Of a stretch of 64,000 bases of DNA, positions 1 through 10,217 are shown in pieces. The stretch covers positions 2,464,001 to 2,528,000 of the forward strand of contig OZ242029.1 of the NCBI GenBank assembly GCA_965205015.1, written 5' to 3'. The notes beneath the pieces were generated by a model. The model did not search any database. It saw nothing but the letters and a program-made list of their open reading frames with translations, and was not told the origin of the DNA. Source of the stretch: Candidatus Poribacteria bacterium. Lineage in GTDB: Bacteria; Poribacteria; WGA-4E; WGA-3G. Numbering within the stretch: position 1 is the stretch's first letter; the number at the start of each line of letters is the position of its first letter. The translations under genes and the position numbers were made by a program.

Positions 1-129
1 AAGGCAGTCGCTGTCCCTGTGCTCCGCCACCGAATTTTGACGAATTTCAACGCTGAGGCTGATGGGATCACAAGCTTGGATATCATCAATAGATTGCTGG
101 AAAATGTTGAACCACCGGCGGTTCAATAA
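1..129 (+). CDS. MoxR-family AAA+ ATPase, C-terminal fragment (truncated by window start)
   Basis: Manual translation of frame 1: [48 protein letters not shown]..NFxAEA is the typical MoxR lid end. Confidence 0.8.
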   Translation, partial: KAVAVPVLRHRILTNFNAEADGITSLDIINRLLENVEPPAVQ

Positions 130-225
130 CCGGTTGAAATCAACCAAAAACCATCGTGAAATATTGTCCTGCAAGCCTATAGAGGCTTAGACAGGGAACG
201 ATACCCATATCTGATAGTAAAAAAA

Positions 226-1623
226 ATGAAAATTGCGATTATAGGAACGGGATACGTCGGCTTGACCACGGCTGTGGTGCTCGCCTATCTCAATCATGAT
301 GTCGCCGCGGTCGACAAAGACGAAAGCAAACTCAACCTTTTGCACGCGGGAAAAAGCCCGATCCATGAACCCGGCATCCAAAGTCTTCTTGAAGAGGTGC
401 AGCACACGATCCGTTTCACGCCGAGTGCGGCTGACGTCGTGCCAGAGGCAGAGTTGATTCTAATCGCTGTAGGGACACCCCCAAAGAAGAACGGTGAAGC
501 CGATACGCAACATGTGGAACAGGCTGCCAAGGAGATTGCCCACGTCTGTCTGCCCGATAGGCACTATACACTTGTTGTGAAATCGACGGTCCCGATAGGC
601 ACGAACCAGCGTGTCGCTGAAGTTGTGGAGGCGGTATTCTCAGAACGCGGGATTCGAGGAAACGTCTCTGTCGCTTCAAACCCAGAGTTTTTGCAAGAGG
701 GATTGGCATTGCAAGGCGCGTTCTATCCGGATCGGATCGTTGTCGGTGCGAACAGTGATGAAGCAATTGATACCCTGCGTCGTCTTTATAAACCGATTCT
801 CGAACAGACGTTTGATCCACCCAGCGAGTTCCCGCGTCCATCTGCTTACCACTTGCCGCCCATGATGACAACGGATCCGAACAGTGCTGAGATGATTAAA
901 TACGCTGCGAACACTTTCCTCGCGCTAAAGATTAGTTTTATCAATGAAATTGCGGGGCTTTGTGAGGAGGTCGCGGCAGACGTAACAGAAGTCGCACGTG
1001 GTATCGGACTTGACGCACGTATCGGGAATCAGTTTCTCCGAGCAGGTCTCGGGTGGGGCGGTAGTTGTTATCCCAAAGATACTGCTGCTTTGTTAGGGGT
1101 TGCCGCGCAAACCGGATATAAGATGCCGATTACGGAAGCCGCACGCACCGTCAACTTCCACCAGCGGGAACGTGTCGTTGAAAAGTTGCGTAGCACATTA
1201 GGCACACTTGATGGTAAGACCATTGGTATCCTCGGACTCGCCTTCAAACCAAACACCGATGACATTCGAGAAGCCCCCGCACTTGACATTGTCCGCGAAC
1301 TGATTGCAGCAGGTGCGACGGTTCGTGCCCATGATCCGATTGCGATCGCAAACGCAAGGCGCGCTTTATCGGGGTTACAAACCTCTTCCACAGAGAATCA
1401 GACTCGCAACAACAGATTGTCTTTCACGGAAGATGTATATGAACTTTCCTACGATGCCGATGCCCTCGTCCTCATTACCGAATGGGATTTCTACCACAAG
1501 TTGGAACTGCGTCGACTTGCTAAGCAGATGAAAACGCCAATCCTCATTGATGGACGCAACGTTTACGTCCCGGAAGAAGCCAGAGCGGCAGGTTTCCAAT
1601 ACATCGGGATCGGTAGAATATAG
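226..1623 (+). CDS. ugd: UDP-glucose/GDP-mannose 6-dehydrogenase
   Basis: GTGYVG Rossmann motif, IAVGTP, KSTVP, SNPEFL, KYAAN, GWGGSCYPKD (catalytic Cys), AFKPNTDDIRE, DGRN. Confidence 0.95.
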   Translation: MKIAIIGTGYVGLTTAVVLAYLNHDVAAVDKDESKLNLLHAGKSPIHEPGIQSLLEEVQHTIRFTPSAADVVPEAELILIAVGTPPKKNGEADTQHVEQAAKEIAHVCLPDRHYTLVVKSTVPIGTNQRVAEVVEAVFSERGIRGNVSVASNPEFLQEGLALQGAFYPDRIVVGANSDEAIDTLRRLYKPILEQTFDPPSEFPRPSAYHLPPMMTTDPNSAEMIKYAANTFLALKISFINEIAGLCEEVAADVTEVARGIGLDARIGNQFLRAGLGWGGSCYPKDTAALLGVAAQTGYKMPITEAARTVNFHQRERVVEKLRSTLGTLDGKTIGILGLAFKPNTDDIREAPALDIVRELIAAGATVRAHDPIAIANARRALSGLQTSSTENQTRNNRLSFTEDVYELSYDADALVLITEWDFYHKLELRRLAKQMKTPILIDGRNVYVPEEARAAGFQYIGIGRI

Positions 1624-1639
1624 CGGTCCCGATAACACT

Positions 1640-2209
1640 ATGGACACTCTTAAGCAACCTGAACCCTTTGACGCAAATTGGGAGCGATATTGTCCGCAAA
1701 AGCCGTTCCCGCCGTATCGACATATACCGGGCGTTACACCGCATCCGATTCGCGACCCGCTTGGACATAGTTACGGGATAGACGAAGATCATGACGTTGA
1801 ACCCTTGTCGCCAAAGATGTGGAGACAAAATGAGGATTACCTATACGGCGTCGATCTTTACAATTTTGCTTATTGGTGGGAGGCACATGAGGCGTGGGAA
1901 GGACTGTGGCACGAAGCAGAAGACACCTATCGTCTGTTCCTTCAAGGACTGATTCAGGTGTCAGCGGCCTTCATCAAGTATCATACACGGATGCTGCGTC
2001 CGCTACGCACGCTTTCCACTGCAGGACGCGATAAATTGCGACAAGTTGTGGTTGAATGTGACGACATATCGGGAAATTATATGGGACTCAACCTGCCAGC
2101 GTTTTTGGACACCGCCGACGCGTTTTTTGCTCCGTTCTTTGAGGATACCGTTACAGAAGCGACCTTTCGTCAGTACTCGGTGAAACCGCTAATATTGCTG
2201 CAAGATTAA
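1640..2209 (+). CDS. DUF309 domain protein
   Basis: LYN..YWWEAHEAWEGLW and LQGLIQVSAA motifs. Start moved to ATG 1640 to avoid overlap with ugd. Confidence 0.85.
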   Translation: MDTLKQPEPFDANWERYCPQKPFPPYRHIPGVTPHPIRDPLGHSYGIDEDHDVEPLSPKMWRQNEDYLYGVDLYNFAYWWEAHEAWEGLWHEAEDTYRLFLQGLIQVSAAFIKYHTRMLRPLRTLSTAGRDKLRQVVVECDDISGNYMGLNLPAFLDTADAFFAPFFEDTVTEATFRQYSVKPLILLQD

Positions 2210-2231
2210 CGCATATTTTGAGGAAAGCAAC

Positions 2232-2528
2232 ATGCCAACACTCTTGCCTTTTCTCATCTTCAGTTTTGTATGTGTTTTTATCGTCGCATTGCTGCTTGTC
2301 CTCTTTAAAATAGGTGCCTATTTTGGCAAAAGCGATGCGGATGAATTTCGTGCTGTTCGGTGCCCACAATGCCAAACTCGGCGGAAACCTGAAAGGACCG
2401 GGACCGTCAGAAACCTCGTTGAACTTGAGATGCGCTGCCCGCGTTGCGGATATATTTCATGGGATATCCCTCCAAAAACGAATCTTTCGACGCGTCCCAC
2501 GGATCAGGATCGAGATACGATGTTATGA
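2232..2528 (+). CDS. Small membrane-anchored zinc-ribbon protein (hypothetical)
   Basis: AGGA RBS, hydrophobic N-terminal helix, CPQC...CPRC. Confidence 0.6.
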   Translation: MPTLLPFLIFSFVCVFIVALLLVLFKIGAYFGKSDADEFRAVRCPQCQTRRKPERTGTVRNLVELEMRCPRCGYISWDIPPKTNLSTRPTDQDRDTML

Positions 2529-2545
2529 GAGGCGAGCCTGCTGTG

Positions 2546-3670
2546 TTAATAATCAGCGAAAGCTCCGTCGTCTGAGTGCCAGAACATTCCACGCAACCGA
2601 AACGTCTCATCTCGAATTGCTTCAATAGCGGCATCGTCCATATCCACACCAAGCCCGGGAGTTGTTGGAAGTTCAATGAACCCGTCTTTGAACACCAAAG
2701 GTGTCGAAAATAGCCCTTCTCCACGCCGGTGTCCGCCCTCACATATCAACAAATTCGGAACCGTCGCCATTACATGTACCGATGCTGCGACGCCGATAGG
2801 ACCAGCGGCGTTGTGCGGAGCGATTGCCATATTGTGAATCTCCGCCATCGCTGAAATCTTTTTCAGTTCCAGTATCCCACCGCAGTGGCGGATATCCGGT
2901 TGCAAAATCGCGCACATCTCGCGTTCAATTATCTCTCGGAAACCCCATCGTGTTAAATGTCGCTCACCAGTCGCTATCGGCACCGTCGTTGATTGAGACA
3001 GCGTCAGCAGAGGTTCGTTGTTTTCTGGATGGCACGGTTCTTCAACGAACAGTAATCGGAAGGGTTCTAATTCTTTCACTAAAATCATCGCCATCGTTGG
3101 ACTTAACCGTCGATGTAAGTCAACAGCGATGTCAACCTCGTCACCCACTGCTGTTCGTACTGCCGCTACCCGCGCCACCATCGTATCAATTGCCTTTGGT
3201 GTATCCACGAACCGAACAGGTTGAGATGAAGCCCCCATCTTCACTGCACGAAATCCCGCTACACCCGCTTTTTTCGCACTCTCTGCACACTCTTCAGGTG
3301 TTGTGCCGCCTATACCCGTATAAACACGGATTCGATTCCGTACTGAACCTCCCAACAGTTTCCATACCGGCATCCCAACGACTTTGCCGAATACATCCCA
3401 CATTGCCATCTCAATGCCGCTCAAAGCACCGATTAGTACCGGCATGCTCCGGCTATAACTCGAGCGGTACATCGCCTGCCAATGATCCTCAATCTGTAGT
3501 GGATCTTTGTCAATAAGGTATTCCGCCATGTCGTCCACGGCTTGGGCGACAACGCGCCAATGCTCATAGTTCATGGGTTCACCGTAACCGATTATCCCCT
3601 TGTCGGTGAACATTTTCAGTACCATTGCACGACCTTGGATCGGTATCGTCTCAAATCCAGTAATCTTCAT
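2546..3670 (-). CDS. Galactonate dehydratase-like enolase-superfamily enzyme
   Basis: MKITGFETI start, GYGE, LSGIEMAMWD, VDLHRR, FVEEP, IATGER, QPD, APHN. Confidence 0.9.
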   Translation of the reverse strand: MKITGFETIPIQGRAMVLKMFTDKGIIGYGEPMNYEHWRVVAQAVDDMAEYLIDKDPLQIEDHWQAMYRSSYSRSMPVLIGALSGIEMAMWDVFGKVVGMPVWKLLGGSVRNRIRVYTGIGGTTPEECAESAKKAGVAGFRAVKMGASSQPVRFVDTPKAIDTMVARVAAVRTAVGDEVDIAVDLHRRLSPTMAMILVKELEPFRLLFVEEPCHPENNEPLLTLSQSTTVPIATGERHLTRWGFREIIEREMCAILQPDIRHCGGILELKKISAMAEIHNMAIAPHNAAGPIGVAASVHVMATVPNLLICEGGHRRGEGLFSTPLVFKDGFIELPTTPGLGVDMDDAAIEAIRDETFRLRGMFWHSDDGAFADY

Positions 3671-3680
3671 AATATTGGTC

Positions 3681-4745
3681 CTAAACCGGTTGCCACCGGA
3701 TAATACAGAAGTGCGAGTTCCCTGTCGCGTTCTCCCATTTACTGACATCGCCGTAGCAGGAACCGATGAAGGTGAGTATGTCTTCTCCGTCCAAACTGAT
3801 GTGTCGTGGGAAACCGGCGACATGTCCGTGACAGAGGTAATAGACTTCATCGGACCAATTTTCGCCATTGTCGTTGCTTACCATTGCTCTGCCACTGCCG
3901 AGTTCACGGGGATAACGGTGGTCGTATGCCACAACAGCGCGATTGTTAGAAAGCCCAACTGCGGCACCGTGGCATTGCCCATGCACACTGGTCAGTTGGC
4001 GGAGGTTTGACCATGTGGCACCACTGTCCACCGAGTCAGCGAGAAAAACTGTCTTGTTCGTATGGGGTTGATCTGGCGGTCCCGGTTGGTACCGAATAAC
4101 TGCGAGCAGTCTTCTGGGAAAAAGTTCTGCAATGTTGACTTCGTTACCGTAGTCCGATAAGAAGAAGCGGTTCGAGAAGGTATGTCCGTCATTGTCCGAA
4201 ACGAAGACGTACGTTGGGTTCGTCCCTTCGTAGAATGGATCATCCCGTCTTTTAATGGGGAGGAGAAGCATGCCATCATGCAATCGGGTCAAACTTGAAC
4301 CGGCGACGGTTTTCTGAAATGGCGTGACATCTATTTCGCTCGTTTGTTCCCACGTTAGACCTTCATCATCAGACAGCCAAACAGTGATTGGTGATTTTTC
4401 GCCTTGTTGACTCACGTTGATGAGTTGCCCATGACGATTGGCTTGCAACAACCACCCGTTGAAACCGAATGCAGACGGATCTCTGTTGAGATGTTCCCAA
4501 GTTCTGCCGCCATCCGTGGACTTGGAGATGATGGTCTGTTGCACTGCATAGATGGTGTTATCAGGAGCCTTAACGAGGTTCAAGCCTTGGTAGTGCGCTT
4601 GCGGGTCCAAGGGCATGCGGGTTTTCTCCACCGCTACCTTGCTCAGCCCGCCATCGCGGGCGTGTAGAATGTAGTCACTCGCTTGCATCTCGCTTAATTC
4701 GCTTGGGGTGACGACGACGCCTCCCATGTTTTCGGTTGATAGCAT
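3681..4745 (-). CDS. BNR/Asp-box repeat sialidase-like protein
   Basis: Five Asp-box motifs: STDGGRTW, SDDEGLTW, SDNDGHTF, SVDSGATW, SNDNGENW. Confidence 0.8.
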   Translation of the reverse strand: MLSTENMGGVVVTPSELSEMQASDYILHARDGGLSKVAVEKTRMPLDPQAHYQGLNLVKAPDNTIYAVQQTIISKSTDGGRTWEHLNRDPSAFGFNGWLLQANRHGQLINVSQQGEKSPITVWLSDDEGLTWEQTSEIDVTPFQKTVAGSSLTRLHDGMLLLPIKRRDDPFYEGTNPTYVFVSDNDGHTFSNRFFLSDYGNEVNIAELFPRRLLAVIRYQPGPPDQPHTNKTVFLADSVDSGATWSNLRQLTSVHGQCHGAAVGLSNNRAVVAYDHRYPRELGSGRAMVSNDNGENWSDEVYYLCHGHVAGFPRHISLDGEDILTFIGSCYGDVSKWENATGNSHFCIIRWQPV

Positions 4746-4881
4746 CTGCAGAACTCCCTCTACGGTAGATTTTCTCTTGTCTAACGTAATGAACTATGGC
4801 AAAATGTTTGGTATACCCTATCCAACCAATTTACACTATTGCGTCCTACAACGCAAGCCATATTTGAAGAAAGAGAAATAT

Positions 4882-5562
4882 ATGAACACATTTGATGCGA
4901 TTCGGAAACATTACAATGCGGCGGGTGTCCATCCGACAACCGATCCTGATAACCCAAGATCCCAATTTGCCGTTGAGAGATATGAAGACTATTTGCCTAA
5001 ACTCATAAAACCCGGCATGCGCGCCTTAGACTTGGGCTGCAATGCAGGACGATATACCTTTGCTATGGAAGACATGGGCGCGATAGCAACAGGTATCGAC
5101 TTCGCAGAGATTCCGCTCCGTCACGCAAAAGAGGTCGCACGAAAAAGAAGGAGCAGGTGTCAATTCAATATCGGGAATATAGCTGCGCTACCTTACAAAC
5201 AGAATTCTTTCGATCTTGCGTTGCTTCCACAAAATAATGTTTACTTATCATATCAGACGCTGGAGAGATTAACACTTCAACTTAAAGAGATTCTATCGGA
5301 CAATGGTATCTTTGTTGTCATTATGCACGATGAGTTGGTCAAAAGGGCGGGTGAGGAAAGTCTTCCAGAACGATATGATATCCAGACGGGTTTGGTAGGA
5401 GGAATCAGGGCAATTCCTGACAAAGGTGTATACGCGAATCCAACGTACTTTTGGACAATTGCCTTTGCCAGGTACATCATCGAGAAACATCTTCCTTTAG
5501 AACAGATAGAACAGATAGAAGAAAACAGGTTTATGTTGGTGTTTCGTAATAAAAAGAGATGA
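4882..5562 (+). CDS. Class I SAM-dependent methyltransferase
   Basis: ALDLGCNAG motif I, GIDF, SFDL. Start chosen at MNTFD. Confidence 0.85.
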   Translation: MNTFDAIRKHYNAAGVHPTTDPDNPRSQFAVERYEDYLPKLIKPGMRALDLGCNAGRYTFAMEDMGAIATGIDFAEIPLRHAKEVARKRRSRCQFNIGNIAALPYKQNSFDLALLPQNNVYLSYQTLERLTLQLKEILSDNGIFVVIMHDELVKRAGEESLPERYDIQTGLVGGIRAIPDKGVYANPTYFWTIAFARYIIEKHLPLEQIEQIEENRFMLVFRNKKR

Positions 5563-5576
5563 GGGTTGGATAGGAC

Positions 5577-6380
5577 TTAACTAACCTGACCAATGTACAA
5601 GATATGCGCAGCCATATCCACGATAGCAGGTTCTATCGCCGTCTCCAGGACTAACTCGACCCAACGTTCCCACTTTGCTGGGTCTGCTGCCACCGTGTTG
5701 GTAGCTTCCGGTAATCCCGTTGAGAGTCCCTCACACCCCACCATTTCCAGTGTGATTAACCCACACGCTTCAGCGAGCTGCTGAAGTTCAGAAGCCCGAA
5801 AAAAATGCCATAGGCTATCTTGAACGAGGTTGTTTCCTTTTCCTTCTTTTATTAACTTCCAGTACTCGGGCATTATCAGTTCTTGACTTACACGACTGAG
5901 AACCGTCCGCAGCATTGCGAAATAACCTACAACGGCAATACAGACGAGTGCCCCAGGTTTGGCAACCCGAACCAATTCAGAGGTTGCTTGAATTCGCTCG
6001 GTTTCATCACTGATACATGTGAGTGGACCACCCAAGCATAGCACTGCATCAAAATCATTCGTGTTAAAATCTGAAAGGTCCCGTATATCCCCAACAATTG
6101 ACGCGATCAATCGGCTCGAAACGGATTTCGGTTCTAACTTGATTTTTTCTTCAGCAAAAGCCGTGTATGTTGGGTCAATATCTAAAAGGACGACATCATA
6201 GCCTGCCCGACAAAGTTCGAGCGTATAACGCCCTGGTCCGCCGCCTGCATCTAAAATCTTACCTGTTTCAGGAAGGTGTTTCCGAAGGTAATGCATCGTG
6301 ACCAAGAACTCCAGCGAGTTATAAGCATCCTTCACCAGACGATTCCATTCACCCATTTCGACTTCATTTTCTTTTTTCAT
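5577..6380 (-). CDS. Class I SAM-dependent methyltransferase
   Basis: ILDAGGGPGRY, LLDI, FDAVLCLGGPL, RVAKPG. Start uncertain (ORF extends to 6452). Confidence 0.85.
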   Translation of the reverse strand: MKKENEVEMGEWNRLVKDAYNSLEFLVTMHYLRKHLPETGKILDAGGGPGRYTLELCRAGYDVVLLDIDPTYTAFAEEKIKLEPKSVSSRLIASIVGDIRDLSDFNTNDFDAVLCLGGPLTCISDETERIQATSELVRVAKPGALVCIAVVGYFAMLRTVLSRVSQELIMPEYWKLIKEGKGNNLVQDSLWHFFRASELQQLAEACGLITLEMVGCEGLSTGLPEATNTVAADPAKWERWVELVLETAIEPAIVDMAAHILYIGQVS

Positions 6381-6621
6381 CAATTCTATCCCCGTCGTTA
6401 GTGTCCAGTGACTCATTTCAGTTAGGGCAAGGATCCTCAGAAACCTGTCCAATAGTTTGAATCCTATATAGTTTTAAAAATTCGTAATTTTTCCGCTTGT
6501 TCTCACACGATAAAGCGTGATAAAATAGCCGATACGTTTTCAGAACCGCCTTCGCATTGAATTACACAATAAGGATACACGAATACCAAAGGACTCTTCA
6601 AAGAGGACAGGAGCCTCACAA

Positions 6622-7374
6622 ATGGCACAACAAGACGCAATAGAACATCTCGAGACATTCGGTTATTGCTTGATTGAGGATGCGATTCCTGTTGCACAAG
6701 CGGATGCGATGGCGGAGAAGTATTTCCAACTCCACCGAGACCCTGCAAATCGCGACACTTTTCAGGATCCCAATGATGAACTGTATCAGACCCTGTTCGG
6801 TGTAGTCAATCTCGATGAGATGTGTTGGGAGTGCATCGCACATCCACAGGTGCTGCAGGTCGTCCGCCATTTTCTCGGTGATACCGTCAGACTCGGTGAG
6901 GCGTGTACGAAATGGGTTAAACCGCGTGCCCCGCAGGGCGGCATCCATTCCGATTCGACGCACGACTTGCCTGCGCGCCTACCTGAAACACCGTGGATGA
7001 TTAATTCAATCTGGATGATAACGGACTTTACCGTTGAGAACGGTGCGACACTCGTTGTGCCATTCAGCCATCGCGCACGGCGTAGACCTTCAGCATCCGA
7101 TATTGCCGAGAGCCATCCAGTGCCTGTCTGCGGACGACGCGGTTCCGTACTATTGTGGCACGGTGGCACGTGGCACGGGCAGGGTCCCAACACAACCGAC
7201 GACCAGCACCGCATGGCGTTGAATATCGCCTACTACCCGCCTTGGTGGAATCTCATGCGTGAGGGCGGTCACCAACCTGTTTTCCCAGAGACGTTTACGC
7301 GTATGCCAGAGGACCTCCAAGCACTCGTCCGCCACAAGGTTGCGAAACGGCGTGCAGATATCTATGAGTTCTAA
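6622..7374 (+). CDS. Phytanoyl-CoA dioxygenase (PhyH) family Fe/2OG dioxygenase
   Basis: HSD, ENGATLVVPFSH, WHG...R motifs. Confidence 0.9.
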   Translation: MAQQDAIEHLETFGYCLIEDAIPVAQADAMAEKYFQLHRDPANRDTFQDPNDELYQTLFGVVNLDEMCWECIAHPQVLQVVRHFLGDTVRLGEACTKWVKPRAPQGGIHSDSTHDLPARLPETPWMINSIWMITDFTVENGATLVVPFSHRARRRPSASDIAESHPVPVCGRRGSVLLWHGGTWHGQGPNTTDDQHRMALNIAYYPPWWNLMREGGHQPVFPETFTRMPEDLQALVRHKVAKRRADIYEF

Positions 7375-7392
7375 TCTAACCAAACGCTCGCG

Positions 7393-7869
7393 TTATTGTT
7401 GCGATGCAGCCCTGAGAATGGCTTTGGTAGCGTCCGAAATGTTAAGCGTTGTGAACGCCGCATCGGACAACGCAACCAAATAGTACGCTTGATGTTCGGT
7501 GGGATTAATTTTGATCTTACCGTCCCCGACCTCAACAATAAAGTTGAAATGTCTCGTTTTTTTACCGGAACTGGATCTGTAATCAAAGGATCCGAGATAT
7601 TCACAGATTGCTGTTACAATAAGTCCCGTCTCTTCTTGCACTTCCCGTGCGAGCGCGGTGAGTAGGTCCTCCCCCATCTCCACGGTACCACTCGGAATTT
7701 CAACGAATCCACCCATGAAATCAGATAGCACTCGTTCTAAAAGCAAGAACTTGTTATTTTTCGAGATTACCGCGCCCACTACCAGTTTTTGCACGCCGTC
7801 TTTTTGAGCATCAGTGAGCAATTGCTGAATAGTCGTATGGTCAATGTTTGACTGCATATTGTGGTTCAT
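7393..7869 (-). CDS. NUDIX hydrolase
   Basis: Nudix box GTVEMGEDLLTALAREVQEETGL. Confidence 0.9.
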   Translation of the reverse strand: MNHNMQSNIDHTTIQQLLTDAQKDGVQKLVVGAVISKNNKFLLLERVLSDFMGGFVEIPSGTVEMGEDLLTALAREVQEETGLIVTAICEYLGSFDYRSSSGKKTRHFNFIVEVGDGKIKINPTEHQAYYLVALSDAAFTTLNISDATKAILRAASQQ

Positions 7870-9119
7870 TTCACGCGTTGTCCGGCTTGGAACACCGCTT
7901 TTACTCGGCTGAACGCATCTACATCGTCTGTCGGATCGCCTTCAAACGCAACGAGATCGGCGATTTTGCCCGGTGCGATCGTCCCAATCTCATCCGCCAT
8001 CCCGATTGCCTCGGCAGAAATACGGGTCGCTGAGATGAGTGCTTCCGCAGGCGTAAACCCGACTTGAACGAGTAGCTGCAAATCGTAGTCGAGATGCCCG
8101 AATGCGAGATTGCCAACCCCTGAATCCGTGCCGGGAACAATCCGCTCACGAAGGTCGTAGTCAAGCATACGTCGCATCACATCAAGGCGTACTTCCGCCC
8201 GCGTTTCAAGTCCTTGCAATTCGGTTACTTCGTCAGGCGAAATGGTATCCGTGTCCCGTTTCGCACGGAGTTCAACAATGCGGGGATAACCCGTCCACGC
8301 TTGAAGAGTCGGGCTAATCCAGATACCAGACTCAACCATCATCTCGGCAATTTTGGGATCGAACCGGAGTTCACCGTCTGGGTCGAGGAATTCCGCATGC
8401 TCCATCAAGTCAATGCCTGCCTCAACTGCCCGCACCATCGATTCCTTTGCGCGGCAATGCGCCACCGTGAGCCGATGGAAGTGGTGTGCCTCGTGAACAG
8501 CGGCGTGCAACTCGGCGACAGAGTAACTGGCGCGTCCCGGAATCGTTCCGGCGGTTCCCCCACCCGATGCCATAATTTTGATGTAATCCGCGCCTTCGTG
8601 AACCAAGCGGCGAACGGAGCGTCGCATCTCGGCTTCGCCGTCTGCTGTTTCGTTACACATGTGGAAGTGCCCGCCTGTGCAAGTGATCGGTCGTCCGCTC
8701 ACCAAGGTGCGAGGACCGGGAATATAACCGCGTTCAAGCCCCTCCTTGAGTGTGAAGCCTACCTTGTTCCTCGCACCGTGTTCGCGAAGAGTCGTAATCC
8801 CTGCGGCGAGATGGCGTTGTAGATTCATCGCACCGGTCAGCACCATCATCTCATCGGTTTCTGAAAACATCTGAACGTAGTTTCGACCATCGCCTGCGAG
8901 ACTCAGATGTGTATGCCCATCAATGAGTCCCGGTGCGAGACACGCATCACCGAGGTCAACGATTTGTGCGTCAGGTGGTGTCCGTTTCGCAATTTCTTCG
9001 TGATGTCCAACGGCATCAATCCGTCCATCGGTCACAAGAATTGCCTGATCGGTTTTAGCGTATGTACTTATCCCATCGACGAGCCGAGCGGCACGGATTT
9101 GAACAGTTTGATTTGGCAT
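7866..9119 (-). CDS. Metal-dependent amidohydrolase family protein
   Basis: PGLIDGHTH, IKIMASGG, AHC, EH, GTD, GKIADLV. Confidence 0.9.
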   Translation of the reverse strand: MPNQTVQIRAARLVDGISTYAKTDQAILVTDGRIDAVGHHEEIAKRTPPDAQIVDLGDACLAPGLIDGHTHLSLAGDGRNYVQMFSETDEMMVLTGAMNLQRHLAAGITTLREHGARNKVGFTLKEGLERGYIPGPRTLVSGRPITCTGGHFHMCNETADGEAEMRRSVRRLVHEGADYIKIMASGGGTAGTIPGRASYSVAELHAAVHEAHHFHRLTVAHCRAKESMVRAVEAGIDLMEHAEFLDPDGELRFDPKIAEMMVESGIWISPTLQAWTGYPRIVELRAKRDTDTISPDEVTELQGLETRAEVRLDVMRRMLDYDLRERIVPGTDSGVGNLAFGHLDYDLQLLVQVGFTPAEALISATRISAEAIGMADEIGTIAPGKIADLVAFEGDPTDDVDAFSRVKAVFQAGQRVK

Positions 9120-9150
9120 AAATCCGACTCCTTTAGGTGCTGTGCTGATC

Positions 9151-9993
9151 TCAGACTTTCACAACGAACTCACATCCCTGTTGAAACCATTCCCGCAGGA
9201 TGGTATCTTCGTTACAAGTTCGTTTCGCCTGCGAACCTGTCGCCTGTGAGAGGTCTATTGTTGACGAAACGATGTCATCCCCGAAAAACCCAGCCTCTCT
9301 GATGACGTTGCCATCTGGATGCACGATCTTCGAGTTGCCATGCGATGATCCGGGTGAGCGGATGTCATCAGGGTTTGCGGGTGTATTCGCCATCAGGAGA
9401 TAGATACCGTTTTCCGTCGCACGTGAGATCGGCATAGCGCGGTAGGCGGAGAGTTTATACTCCGATAGTAATCCCGCTTCGCACGAACAGAAGATACAGA
9501 GTTGTGCCCCCATCGCCGCGGGTAGTTTAACCAACTCTGGGTAGCGGACATCGTGGCAGATGATAAAGCAACACGCAACGCCAGCGAGTTCCACAATCGG
9601 TAGCGGACCGCGATTGTTCGTGCACCACTTTTCCCCCGCGAGAAAGGTTTTGCCGTAACGATATTTGAGGGTCCCTTGTTGGTCAAAAATAGCGAGGTCG
9701 TTGTGCCAGTTATCTCCATCGTGATGTGCCGATCCAACGACAACAGCTATCCCGTGCCGACGCGCCGCTTCGGCAATTTTTGCCTCAGCCTCTTTAAAAA
9801 CCTGTGGCGAGATGTGTTCCCAATAATCCGTCCGGCAGCAGTAGCCGAACAGACATCCTTCGGGGAACGCTGCAATCTGAATCTCCAGTTCTGCACACGC
9901 TTCGATCTGCTGAAGCACTTTTGCAGTGTTGGTGGATACGTCTTCGCTTGTGAGCAATTGACACGCCGCGACTTTAATCTGGTTATTAGCCAT
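9151..9993 (-). CDS. Carbon-nitrogen hydrolase (nitrilase superfamily)
   Basis: Catalytic triad motifs FPE, YGK, ICHDVRYPE; SRATEN. Confidence 0.9.
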   Translation of the reverse strand: MANNQIKVAACQLLTSEDVSTNTAKVLQQIEACAELEIQIAAFPEGCLFGYCCRTDYWEHISPQVFKEAEAKIAEAARRHGIAVVVGSAHHDGDNWHNDLAIFDQQGTLKYRYGKTFLAGEKWCTNNRGPLPIVELAGVACCFIICHDVRYPELVKLPAAMGAQLCIFCSCEAGLLSEYKLSAYRAMPISRATENGIYLLMANTPANPDDIRSPGSSHGNSKIVHPDGNVIREAGFFGDDIVSSTIDLSQATGSQAKRTCNEDTILREWFQQGCEFVVKV

Positions 9994-10081
9994 CTGAGTG
10001 CCTCCCTTCTATTTCTGTTATTATAGCATACCTATCTGTTCGATTCAAGCATCGCTGACGTCTACAAAACACGAAAACCAA

Positions 10082-10110
10082 TTGACAGGTACCGATCAAT
10101 TTGATATAAA
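10082..10110 (+). promoter_or_regulatory. Putative sigma-70 promoter
   Basis: TTGACA-17 bp-TATAAA upstream of the CDS at 10218. Confidence 0.55.
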
Positions 10111-10217
10111 GAAGCAGTGAGTCATCGGCAATTAGCAAGAAAGATTCCGTCAGCGGGCCCACTAACAGTCATCGGAAACCGAAGGAAACTGATAGCCAAT
10201 ATTAGGAGGAAGGCATT

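Noticed and set aside
2824-3516. Long antisense ORFs (also 8214..8822, 24421..25113, 49777..50409, 61312..61983)
   Set aside because: Shadow frames opposite well-supported genes, with no motifs or RBS.
3671-3868. Extended N-terminus of the dehydratase ORF
   Set aside because: Overlaps the BNR gene; the family-typical start MKIT is at 3670.
10115-10200. Possible riboswitch in the leader of the 10218 gene
   Set aside because: Only a short repeated GTCATCGG word, more like a degenerate repeat; no recognisable aptamer.
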